Source: Sphaerodactylus townsendi (taxonomy: Eukaryota). Taken from it: a DNA stretch of 64,000 nt. The notes under the pieces were generated by a model. That model was not told the DNA's origin, ran no database searches, and saw only the letters and a program-made list of their open reading frames with translations. The stretch covers positions 41,850,001-41,914,000 of the forward strand of contig NC_059430.1 of the NCBI RefSeq assembly GCF_021028975.2, read 5' to 3'. Below, in pieces: positions 25,301 through 35,004 of the stretch. The stretch's first letter is position 1. Each line of letters starts with the position of its first letter. The position numbers were made by a program, and so were the translations under genes.

Positions 25301-27577
25301 TTTTTGCCCAAGAGAAGCTATGTGACAAAATATAATCTGAGACGTAGAAACAGCTGGAGGATATTCAGACAGTTCAAAAGCGAAAGGTAGACCTATAGCC
25401 TGTGGAAGAAAAAAGGGGTAACATGGCAAGGCACGCCTCTCACAAAAACCAGAGCTGAACTTGGTTCAAGCTGCATTGCTTCCAAAGTTCTTTCACTCAC
25501 CTGATACAGTTCTGAGGATCTGTTTTGCAGTCAATATTACAACGAAATCGCTCCCATGCAAGCCAACCCATTGGAGGTGTTCTCATGAGCCCATTCTCCA
25601 GAGCATGGCAAAAGGAGGCCAGAGCCAGTATGAAGACAACCAGCTTCATGATCACAAAGTGATGGCTCACTGATGAAGACAAAGGGAACAAAACAATACC
25701 TTTCAATAAGAGATCCATCTGTAACAGGTTTTGTCTATCATACAGTTCCTTCATGTTCACTCTCACAACAGAGATAATCACTGTGGCCATTGGAGAACCT
25801 GAACCTGTTATGCTTTGTGGGGTTTGAAATTTACAGCAGCACAGAAAGGTAACTCTGGGTGTTCAAGCCATTTACCTTCCTGCCAGATGCCAGATTCAAA
25901 TGCCTAGATGCCAGTAAGGAACTCCCATGACCTATGAAAGGAATGGCCAGAGTTCTCTGGTAAACAAATGCTTAGCAGAGATCATGTTTCATAGTCAACT
26001 TCAAGCAATTCTAAGGAAAAGCTCTCTGATGGCAAAGCAAAGGCCACTGCAGAGATGCCCCCAACCAATACTGTTGTACTGCTGGTACTACAAAAACAAT
26101 TACCTGGGTATAATACATTTCAAAGTTTCAGTGTGATGGGGTTCATCCAATCACCGTCATCCTTATTTTCCTGAACTTGGAAAATAGGAGCAATCAATCC
26201 TATCTGCACAAACAAGCTGGTCTTTGGAGAGAAAGGTGTTGAACGGGCTTTCCTTACAGTACAATCTCTCCCTTCTGCTGTCTTGATAAGTAATGTAATT
26301 TGGCAAGCAGGATAATTGCATGGATCTGTCTTATCAAACAACTTCCAGGCAGTGTGTGCAAATGGAATGATGGTTACCTTCTCAGAGGACGCCCTTAAAA
26401 ATGTGTACAATGGAAAAATCTTCTTATGGTTCTTAGGAAAATGTGAAGTTTTAGTAGTTCTAAGAAGAAATGTGAGAAATATTTTCTGCAGGATAAATTT
26501 CCTATGAAACGTGATTCACATTATCTGTTCTTTTTTGGTGCGCATTATCTTGAGAATATCAAGGGAGTTACATTCACTGCCACTCTTAAGTATTTTGCTA
26601 CCCGAGAAGCTGTACTGTACATTCTGAGAGGAGTAGCTCAGAAATCTTTTGCAATTTTGCAAAGCATTTGGGGTTTTTTTTTGGGGGGGGGGGGGGACAC
26701 CTTTCTGATTTTAAGGCCACCCAAGTACTTATCCAGCAGGAGTATTCCTATTTATATTTTCACTTACACAATTACTTTTAAAAAAGCAAATGCTAACCAG
26801 AAGTTACTAAAAACATGGTAAGACTGAAAGATATCTCACTACTACTACCTAAAGTGTTCCTATCTTGCTGAAACAGGATCTTTATGAACTTGATAAAATG
26901 TACACTGTAGCCTATGCCTCTTTACACTAAAAGTAGACCTGGTTGTGACAGGTACACATTGCGGTAATTACTGGACCTGAACACTCTCTCCGAGACTGAA
27001 AACGGAACTTCAGTCACATTAATACTCTGAAGGGAGATTGCCAGTAATCAGGATTCTGAACTGCAGAATTGGCGTGGATGCCATCTTTCAACAATACAGC
27101 ATAAAACAACCTGGAGCATACATCTTCCAAAGCGTATTAGACACACACCATTCAACTCTTACAATGTCAGTGGATTCAAAAAAGAAGTGGACTCACCCTA
27201 AGAGATTCTGTAGGAACAGCTCAACAATAGTCAGACTGCTTTTGACCTTTTCAAGCTTCAGTAAAAAGAAGTATTTAAAGAAGCAAACAAATATGCATTC
27301 ACCAGGGTCACCAATTAATGGAACTGAACTAACTGATCTGATCTCACTTCCGTTCCTTTCTGCGGAAAACAGAAGTTGCACACTCAAAATAAACAGCGAA
27401 CCGTAAAGACCTGCAATGTGTAGAAGCAGCCGCTAGACCGTCTGCAGAAACCGCGCACCCAACGCACTGCCAGATCACGGAAGCACAGGAAACAACGACC
27501 TACCAGAATAGGGGCGACGGAAAGAAGGAACCGGAATTCCCCTTCGAACCCAGCCGCTGATACTCACATATTCCCAT
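13381..27577 (-). CDS. NAGA: Alpha-N-acetylgalactosaminidase (GH27). complement(join(13381..13569,15872..16015,16213..16410,17596..17757,19125..19219,22405..22582,23743..23917,25501..25669,27568..27577)), 439 aa. A second in-frame ATG at 25649 gives 429 aa.
   Basis: Nine exons, GT-AG introns, sum 1320 nt, open frame. [32 protein letters not shown] (nucleophile Asp), [11 protein letters not shown] (acid/base Asp), [16 protein letters not shown] has the Ser/Ala pair that distinguishes NAGA from GLA. The 10-nt exon 1 is the least certain part. Confidence 0.95.
14787..15313 (+). mobile_element. Solo LTR in NAGA intron 8, antisense to NAGA
   Basis: Begins TGTCA and ends ACA; perfect 5-bp TSD CCACC (14782-14786 and 15314-15318); TATATAA at about 15152. 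Confidence 0.7.
18731..18868. mobile_element. PIF/Harbinger-type MITE
   Basis: TIRs GGCAGATTCCGCATGGGCCAAAAACAG / CTGTTTTTGGCCTATGCGGAATCAGCC; 3-bp TSD TCA on both sides; internal (CGGTGTAAAA)-like repeats. Confidence 0.8.
19710..19850. mobile_element. PIF/Harbinger-type MITE
   Basis: TIRs GGCCCCTTCTGCACACGCAAAATAATGC / GCATTATTCTGCATGTGCGGAATGAGCC; 3-bp TSD TAA on both sides. Confidence 0.85.
20568..20653. repeat. 33-bp tandem repeat, about 2.6 copies (CAGTATGAGAGTAATTGACCTACAACAGTCTGT)
   Basis: Units start at 20568, 20601 and 20634. Confidence 0.85.
21070..21325 (+). mobile_element. tRNA-derived SINE with (TAAA)n tail
   Basis: A-box/B-box-like head (GTAGTTAAAGTG..CCAGGTTTGAACCCC), CCTTGGGCCAGTCAC body, AAATAAATAAATAAA tail. 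Confidence 0.75.
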
Positions 27578-27800
27578 CTCTCCGCAGGTCACCTGACCCT
27601 GAGTAGGTTGGCCGCTTTGCACTCACCCAGTCAGCTGATCTGAGTGCTCCGTTTTGTGCAGCCGCCAAGAAGTCAAACCGAGCAAGGAGCAAAACCGCGC
27701 CCAGCCTTTAGAAGCGTAAACAATCTGACCTTCGAAAATCAGCGTTTTCCGGCAGGACAGGATAACCAGCGAGGGCACTGTGGGGAGCGGCAGTTTCTCT
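27400..27800 (-). promoter_or_regulatory. CpG-enriched promoter and first exon region of NAGA
   Basis: Local CpG enrichment around the donor (GTGAGTA at 27567) and ATG 27577; CLEAR/E-box-like GTCACCTGAC at 27588-27597. Confidence 0.6.
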
Positions 27801-28169
27801 GACACCAAACGAAACTTCTCCTGCAGTCAAAAGTTTACCAGTTTGTCTTCCCTTGTGAGGAGCACAGATCCCCACCTTCCAGTTCTTGATTCTGCACCTC
27901 CGCTTTGAATGAGGAACTGGGAACCTGAAAGCAACTTCTTCCTTGATCTTGATGAAGAATTGTGCTATACTGTACGGGGTGGGGCAAGGACGTAGGTAAG
28001 GGGGGGGGGGGTTCTCGGGTTCAACCCTCCCATTCATGTGTGAAGCTCCGCCCCCCGTTTGTGGGTTTTTAAAACATTTTAAGTGTTTTTTCGGTTTTTG
28101 GCCTGCAGGGGGCGCATTGTTTAGGCTAGCTAGCAGCACCAAACTTTCAGGGAAGTTTGGCCGGAAGTG

Positions 28170-28975
28170 GAAGGAGCTCCCCTGAGAGTGATTATTAATC
28201 TGTCACTCTCTTAGGGCTGCTTCCCTAGTTCCTTGAAGAAGGCCATAGTGAGACCTTTATTAAAGAAACCCTTCTTGACTAAAAAGGCCTTATCCAATTG
28301 CCCCTCCACCCCCACCCCCAGTATCTAATTTACCATTTCTGGAAAAGGTAACTGAATGAGCAGTGGCTGAACAGCTCCAGGCTTTCCTAGATGAGACTTA
28401 TGCTCTCAACTCTTTCCAGTCTGGTTTCAGGTTGGGTTTTTGGAACTGACTCAGTGCTTGTTGTTATGATAGATGACCTCCATTTAGATAAGGATGGTTT
28501 GATTTTGCTGATTCTATTAGATCTGACGGCAGCCTTTCACACAGTTGACCAATCAGTCCTGGTCTACTGCATGGCCTCCTTGGGGAAACAAGGTATTGCC
28601 TTATGGTGATTTTTCTAGTTTGTCCAGGGACGTTCACAGAGGGTTGCCATTGGGGATTATAAATCTTCCAGGTGGGCACTTGTTTGTCATGTTCCACAGG
28701 GCTTGATCCTGTCCCCAGTGTTGTTTAATACATATGTATAGTGTGCCCTCCACTTAGCAGAGTTTGTCAGAAGGTTCGGCGATGGATGCCATCAATATGA
28801 ACATGACATCTTGCTTCTGCTCAATAAGCAGCCAGAGTCAGCTCTCTTGGTCTTATGCCAGTGCCTGGATGCTGTGGTTGGATGGTTGAGAGAGTGTTGG
28901 TCGAAGTTAATTTTTTCTAAGATTGAGGTTATGTGGTTGGGGGGGATGGGTCTTTGAGGAGTCTGCAACTCCTGA
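28170..28975 (+). mobile_element. Degenerate L2-clade LINE RT fragment
   Basis: KKAIVRPLLKKP, SNLPFLEKV, FQSGFR, LILLDLTAAFHTVDQ, VPQGLILSPVLFN across shifting frames. Confidence 0.85.
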
Positions 28976-29004
28976 CTCTTGCCACAGAGAGAAACACATC
29001 TTAT

Positions 29005-29105
29005 CGAGACATGCCACTGGAGATGCCAGCAGCCCTAGATGCGGGTGAAACATTAGGAGCAAAAACTATCAAGACCACAGCCCACAAAATACGGAACACC
29101 CAGCT
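29005..29105 (+). mobile_element. Short Penelope-like terminal fragment
   Basis: CTGGAGATGCCAGC..AGATGCGGGTGAAACATTAGGAGCAAAAACTA..AGACCACAGCC resembles the end of squamate Penelope-like elements (recognition from memory). Confidence 0.45.
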
Positions 29106-29203
29106 CATCTGTGTTTGTTGAGCTCTTTTCAAGGGTCTTTTTGGTTTTCAAGAGTCTCACACTCTGCTTGGCTCGTCTTGCTCCATACCTCCAGCCTATA
29201 AGG

Positions 29204-29335
29204 CACAGGTGTTAAACTCGCGGCCCTCCAGATGTTATAGACTACAGTTCCCATGATCCCCTGCCATCATGATGGTTGCAGGGGATGATGGGAACTGTAG
29301 TCCATAATATCTGGAGGGCTGTGAGTTTGACACCT
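29204..29335. mobile_element. hAT-type palindromic MITE (GACTACAGTTCCCATGATCCC family)
   Basis: Inverted repeat AGGTGTTAAACTCGCGGCCCTCCAGAT / ATCTGGAGGGCTGTGAGTTTGACACCT. Confidence 0.8.
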
Positions 29336-29499
29336 AGAAAGCAGCTGTGTGTGGCCTCTATTCTTGAAAGAGGGGGGCAGGGGGTTTTTTTTTGGGGGGG
29401 AGCCCAGGCCAGTCCAACCAAGGAGCGGTTGCCAGGAGCCAGCCCACCCTTGCGCTTTTCAGAAAAGTGGGGGGAGACTCTATGGGAAAGAGGGGACCA

Positions 29500-30150
29500 G
29501 AAATGCCGTCTTGCACATCTGCCAGCCTCTGAGCTGGAGCTTCCCAGCGCTCCTGGGAGAGGGGGTCTGACCCCTGTGCAGAGTGGATGCCAACAGCCCA
29601 GAACAGCGCTACTCTGACTGCCGCCTTTGCATGGGACCTCACCTGCAGGTTGTGGGGGCCCCAGCTAACTTTCTGAGGCTCTTTGGCCAAGGAGCTCCTG
29701 TGCAAAAGGGATGCCAGCAGGCCAGGACGACGCTTCTCAGGGCGCCGCCTTCGCACGAGACCGCAGGTGGAGGTTGTGGGCAACTCCGCTAACGTTCCAA
29801 GCCTCTTGGAGCTAGCAGCCCCTTTGGACAATGGAGCTGAGAGTTTAGGGTGGCCTTTCTCAGGCGCCGCCTTTGCACGAGACCGCACGTCGAGGTTGCA
29901 TAGTGTCGGAGCCTCTTTGGAGCAAAAGCCCCTTTGCAGAGTGGCGCCCAGAGTCTGAGATGAGCTTGTAGTTCATGCTTTTGACCACTGGAGGGCAGCA
30001 GCAGCCTCCCCAGCGGCTCCCCTGCCCAAAGAGGCTCAGACTCTCCACAACCTCGATGTGCGGCCTCGTGCGAAGGCGGTGACTGGGAAAGGCCGTCTTG
30101 GCTCTCGGCTCCATATTCCAACGGGGCTGCCAGGTCAAAGAGGCTGGGAA
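29500..30150. repeat. Diverged ~123-bp GC/CpG-rich repeat array: three direct units plus a partial, then an inverted unit
   Basis: Anchor CCGCCTTYGCAYGRGACC at 29621, 29745 and 29867 on plus; reverse-complement copy ending at 30079. Confidence 0.8.
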
Positions 30151-30369
30151 GTCAGCGGAATTCCCCCCCCCATAACATCCACCTGCGGTCCCGTCATTCA
30201 CTATGGGTTATAAGGTCATTCACATCTCCCCTCTGCAAACACGGAGATAAGCACATTCACATTTGGAGGGGTGTGTGTGTGGGGAGAATTGGGAGGTCGA
30301 GTCCTAAGCGGAAGAAGCCCAGAAAACGGGACTCATTCCCATCTCCCCTCTGCAAACATAGGGATAAGC

Positions 30370-30569
30370 GCTCGTAGTTTACGACTTTGGCCACCAGAGT
30401 ACACGTTATAATGATAGCAATGGCCATTATAGCGATCGTTATAACGATGGCCTTTATAACGATCGTTATAATGATGGTTGTATAACGATGACCGTTATAA
30501 CGATTGTTATAACTGCCATTGCTGTCGTTATAACGTGTACTCTGGTGGCCAAAGTCGTAAACTACGAGC
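30370..30569. mobile_element. ~200-bp palindromic MITE-like element with 42-bp perfect TIRs
   Basis: 30370-30411 is the exact reverse complement of 30528-30569; the interior is built of GTTATAACGAT(C) units. Confidence 0.8.
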
Positions 30570-30646
30570 CCTTATGTGATTTGTCTAAGGATCCTTCCAT
30601 GCACTTGGTGAGGCCGGCTGCGTTCATTTCCCCACTTTGTAGCGGG

Positions 30647-30662
30647 GCGCCCTCTGGTGGCT
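30647..30662 (-). promoter_or_regulatory. CTCF consensus motif (AGCCACCAGAGGGCGC on minus)
   Basis: Near-perfect match to the vertebrate CTCF core CCACCAG(G/A)GGGCGC. Confidence 0.6.
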
Positions 30663-30899
30663 ATTTAATGAAGGCAACCAATTTCAGACTAGCAAGAAAT
30701 ACGATTCCGTTGGGTTTTTCCTCCTCGCAACTTTCAACCAGTATGTCAGCAGCGTATGTCAATATACTGTCATCTTTGCATATTAGCTGATCGATCCCCC
30801 TTTATTACATCATTTTTTTAATTTATCAAGAATTTGCAAGAGAGATCCTAGAATAAGTCCAAGGCTTGCAATAATGGGGAGATTTGCTTTTGTCATAGG

Positions 30900-31560
30900 G
30901 CACATATTTTAGAATGAGCACGATCACCGAGGCGTGCAGATTTGGGATGTGCTATTCAGCTTGGAGCTTTCCTGCACCAAAGTTCGATCCGGAAAACCCG
31001 GATCCTACCAACATTCTAAACGAAGCTTTCATAAATTAAAAACGTTAGCAACTGGCATGAATGTAAAACGACTGTTACAAAATAATATTAGCAACGAAAT
31101 CCGGGGGGTGGGGAGCTGTAGGTAAAGAACGTGGTTATGAGGGTTATGAAACGACCAAGAAACCCCCCCAGAAAGGACATCTAGAGCATAATCAAGGAGC
31201 CCTTGTTCGTCGTGGACATGTCTGAGTTCTCCAATATGTGGCTTCCAGGACCTGAAAGGGGAGAAGGGAATGGAGGAATAAACAGAGGGAAACATCTTTC
31301 CTGTGATTGATTTTAAGGCTGTTGGAAAACCTGGTTTGCAAAGGGCTGAAGCGAAGGGTCTAAGCAATTCCTGCTCCAATGAGGATCGTGAATTCCGGGT
31401 TTTGCTCCACGAAATCTACACGGGTAGTAGTCGGAGTTTAACAAAGGAAGAGGGAAGCCAAGGGGAAAGTACCTTTAAAAAAGGGAGGGGAGTAGGGATA
31501 AGTGCCAGATCATTATAGAGGACCAAGACATTTGAATTTCTGTAACAGAAAAAGGTAAGA
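30900..31560 (+). promoter_or_regulatory. Candidate PHETA2 promoter and non-coding first exon, ending at donor AAG|GTAAGA (31554/31555)
   Basis: Moderate CpG enrichment, CCGGAA motifs and a strong donor upstream of the acceptor at 33397. Not otherwise verifiable. Confidence 0.35.
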
Positions 31561-32867
31561 TCTCCCCTTTCTTTTTAGAACAGGTGTGTGTCTTAAACTG
31601 AAGACAAGTTTCTGCAAAATCCTTTCCTCGAGAGAGATGCCTTGCTTAGGGATACCTAGACAGTCTGGGGTTTTAAAAACACATTCCTTGTTCTAAATGT
31701 GTCTTGTAGTGTATTGGCTCTAGTGACCAAACTCAAGTGGGCCACAGAGCAATTTATGCTCAGCATGCGGATTAGTCTTCTGAAATGTAATAAAACAATC
31801 TTTTACATCTACGGTAAAGTGTATATCCCAGGGACAGAATTAAAAGAAAAGTAATGGTTCCAGTGGTTGAGTAAGATGTTCAAAGAGTGGTCATTTTTTT
31901 CCTGGCAAATATTTTATATAGAAATTCAACAGTTGTCTGATAGTCTCTGCTTCTCTGGCTATCACATTGAGCTAGGGAAACCGAGGTCAATAGGCAACTT
32001 CAATCAGTATAGCTGAGGAGTACCCAGGTGCTGCAAAGAAGACAGGACTTGTACAAACTGTGTCTGGAAGCCTCACAGTTTCTATTAGTTACACAAACTA
32101 CCAGTAGAGAGATACGTAGCGGAGATAGGAGAGGGGATTGTTAGATGCGAATGGAGGAACAGAATGAGCCTGCAAACAATTTGTGTGTGATCCAAGGTTG
32201 TAATTTTAAAAAAAAAAAGCTGCCCCAGCTCTTGTGCTTTTATTTACAACTCAACACATTCCCTGTGGCACGCTGCTTTGGCAGTGGTTGTGCACTTCAA
32301 TTTATGGTCTCTATCATCTTCTTGGGACTTTTAATTCCAGACTGTCATTTTAGTGGCAGAATCATTCTGAATGAGTTGTAGCCTCTGGTCCTTTATTTGG
32401 ACTGATGTCTGTTGCAATTCCTATAGGATTAGGAGTGTGTGACACTGGAACTGTTCTGTTAGCTTGGGATGGAAGCAGAAGAATCAACATTACCAGGAAC
32501 AAAAACTCTAATCCAGAAAGGCTGAACACATTTATGGGTGGAATGTTGCCTTTGTTACTATTATCTTAAAGGCAAGAAATCATGGAATATTATGATGCTT
32601 CATGATTCTTGGGCATAGCTCTGCTCTGTTTCTGTAGAAATGTCAGACTAGAAACTTTTTTTTCAGATTGGAATTCCTATCTTCCGCATCTTTGGGCTGA
32701 CTGGCATCAATAATAAAGAGAAAGATGAAGCCCGGCAAGTCTTTTGGTCTCAGAAATGTCCAGAGAACTACTGCGTAGCCCTCCATTTTCCATCTTGATA
32801 CAAACATAGGATTATATGAATACAGACACCAGGTTGAAGTCCCATTTCTCAATGAATAGAGGCAGGT

Positions 32868-33063
32868 ATTTATTTATTTACTTCATTTTTACCCTACCTG
32901 TTCCCCCAATGGGACCCCAAAGTGATTTACATTACTCTTATCTCTTTCCATTTCATCCTCACAAAAACCTGTGAGATAGGTTAGGCGGAGAGGATTAGCC
33001 TGGCCCAAGGTCATTCAGGAAGTTCCATGGCAAAGTGAGGATTGGAACATGGGTGTCCCAGAT

Positions 33064-33064
<1 letters not shown>
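32868..33064 (-). mobile_element. SINE fragment
   Basis: (TTTA)n tail at left; CATCCTCACAA..CCTGTGAG.TAGGTTAGGC and GGCCCAAGGTCA body. Confidence 0.7.

Positions 33065-33156
<92 letters not shown>
33065..33156 (+). repeat. Perfect (CCTG)23 microsatellite
   Basis: Read directly. Confidence 0.95.
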
Positions 33157-33412
33157 AGTTTGCATGCTGATTTTGCTAAGTGTGAAAGTTTTGCCATGGA
33201 ATACCTAATGGCTGGCCTAGGATAGTTTAATAAATGTTCCTTAGGGTGAGCTAGATCTTAGTGGCGAAAGAGTTTAGCCCAGCATCTCAGATTATAGTGG
33301 TAGATGCTGCAGAAGGGCTTATCTTCTGATTTTGGTATGTGTTGAATTAAGCAGCCTATGCCAAATGGGTAGTTCAATATACTTCCTCTCTCTGCAGGGG
33401 GAGATCATTACT

Positions 33413-34204
33413 ATGAAGCTGAATGAGCGCAGTGTGGCCCATTATGCCACATGTGACTCTCCTGCAGACCATACTGGTTTCTTGTGCAAGCGTGTGGAGC
33501 GCCACCATCACACCATCTCCTACCAGCGCCGCTGGTTCATCCTCAAGGGCAACTTGCTGTTCTACTTTGAAGAGCGGGAGAGCCGTGACCCCCTGGGGCT
33601 CATTGTGTTGGAGGGCTGCACTGTGGAGCTCTGTGAGGCTGCAGAGGAGTTTGCTTTTGCCATCCATTTTGATGGGTCTGGTGCCAAGGCCTATGTGCTG
33701 GTTGCTGACTGCCAAATGGCTATGGAAGCTTGGGTGAAGGCACTTTCACGGGCCAGCTTTGATTACATGAGGCTAGTGGTTAAGGAACTAGAGAAACAAC
33801 TGGAGGAGGCCCGGAAGAACTTGGTTGTGAGCCATAAATTTCCAAAGAAGTCATCTTCTGGCCGAAAGAGACATCTCTCCAACCCCACAATGGTCCCTGT
33901 CCAGGAGCACCCTGCCATCACGGAGAATGGTTATGCTACATGGGGTGATGGTCAGTCCCTTGGTGCAGGGGTTTCTTTTGACCACGATGGGGGATATTTA
34001 AAGCCCCCACCCCTACCTCCTCGGCGAAGACCAGCAGGCAGCAGCATGGGTGGAGTGTTGCCTGCTGGCCTTGCCTCAACTGCACAGGAAAGTCCCGTGT
34101 CTCCAGAGACAGCCTGTTTCTCAAAGTTGCATGATTGGTATGGTCAGGAGATTGCTGATGTGAGGAGGGAATGGTTGGAAAGCCAGAAAAAAGTGGAAAT
34201 GTGA
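33413..34204 (+). CDS. PHETA2: Sesquipedalian-2 / IPIP27B / FAM109B, PH-domain endocytic adaptor; single coding exon, 263 aa
   Basis: MKLNERSVAHYATCDSPADHTGFL..RRWFILKGNLLFYFE (PH domain), coiled coil YMRLVVKELEKQLEE, F&H motif FSKLHDWYGQEI. Acceptor TCTGCAG at 33397 just before the ATG. Lies between NAGA and SMDT1 as in human. Confidence 0.93.
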   Translation: MKLNERSVAHYATCDSPADHTGFLCKRVERHHHTISYQRRWFILKGNLLFYFEERESRDPLGLIVLEGCTVELCEAAEEFAFAIHFDGSGAKAYVLVADCQMAMEAWVKALSRASFDYMRLVVKELEKQLEEARKNLVVSHKFPKKSSSGRKRHLSNPTMVPVQEHPAITENGYATWGDGQSLGAGVSFDHDGGYLKPPPLPPRRRPAGSSMGGVLPAGLASTAQESPVSPETACFSKLHDWYGQEIADVRREWLESQKKVEM

Positions 34205-35004
34205 ACATGGGAGCCACAAAGTGATTGTTTGTCAAGCAACAGAGAATAATACATTAATAATGGTCTGGCTGCACTTTCTGGATTGATCTTTGAACCAAGA
34301 AAATCATCACAGATGGCCTGTATTGCTTTCTGGAACCCTGTGATCCATTGCAAGTCTATCTTTTATAGTTTATTCCACTTTTCTTCCACAAAGCTTACAG
34401 TGGCATATGTACGTGGTTCTTCCCTCCTCCTTTTTCTTACAATAACCATGCAAAGTAGGCTGCTGAAAGTATCTGACCCAAGGTCACCCAGTGAACATCA
34501 CAGATAAGTGGGGATCTAAAGCTGGTGCTAGTGCAATATTCTTATTACTACTCCACAGAGGTTTTATATGTGTATGTTCTGGTGTACTCACTACCAGATC
34601 TCTACATTCTCAGAGGCTGTAGAAATGGCTCTGCTGTCCAAATCTTATACTCAATATGTACCTCAAGAACCATAACAGCTTTTCACAGTTTAGTCCTAGG
34701 ACTGGTTCAAAGTGGGATGCTCAAGACCAACTGTTTGATACATTCACAAAACTTTCCAGTGTATAGTCTTGATTTTATTAGCTGCACAAATCTTACCACG
34801 TGCCATGTCAGGCCAAGAATGTCAGTACTGGGCTGAAGTATTGATGCCTAAAATATTTTGAAAGGTTATATATGTGTGTATGAATGGGCCTTTGAGAAGG
34901 AAATAAATCAAACTGGAGAGGTGGAAAAGATAGCAGAGGAACATAATTAAAGTGATCCTCTTGTTCCAAACCTAAATCCAGATCTTTATTAGGCATTAAG
35001 AAGA

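Noticed and set aside
25670-25790. Longer NAGA N-terminus (ORF 25497-25790)
   Set aside because: Runs through the polypyrimidine tract and acceptor at 25670, so it is intronic.
29276-30201. Several overlapping 70-176 aa ORFs as a novel gene
   Set aside because: Explained by a GC-rich repeat array; the repeated peptide falls in different frames and strands; no splice structure or known domain.
30370-30569. CRISPR-like or coding interpretation of the palindrome (ORF 30488-30790)
   Set aside because: No repeat-spacer organisation, vertebrate context, and the low-complexity peptide derives from GTTATAAC units.
33015-33197. ORF with RQAG repeats
   Set aside because: Translation of the (CCTG)n microsatellite.
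33332-33412. 27-aa N-terminal extension of PHETA2 in the ORF track
   Set aside because: Starts at a non-ATG codon upstream of a clear acceptor (33397); the family start is MKLNERS at 33413.
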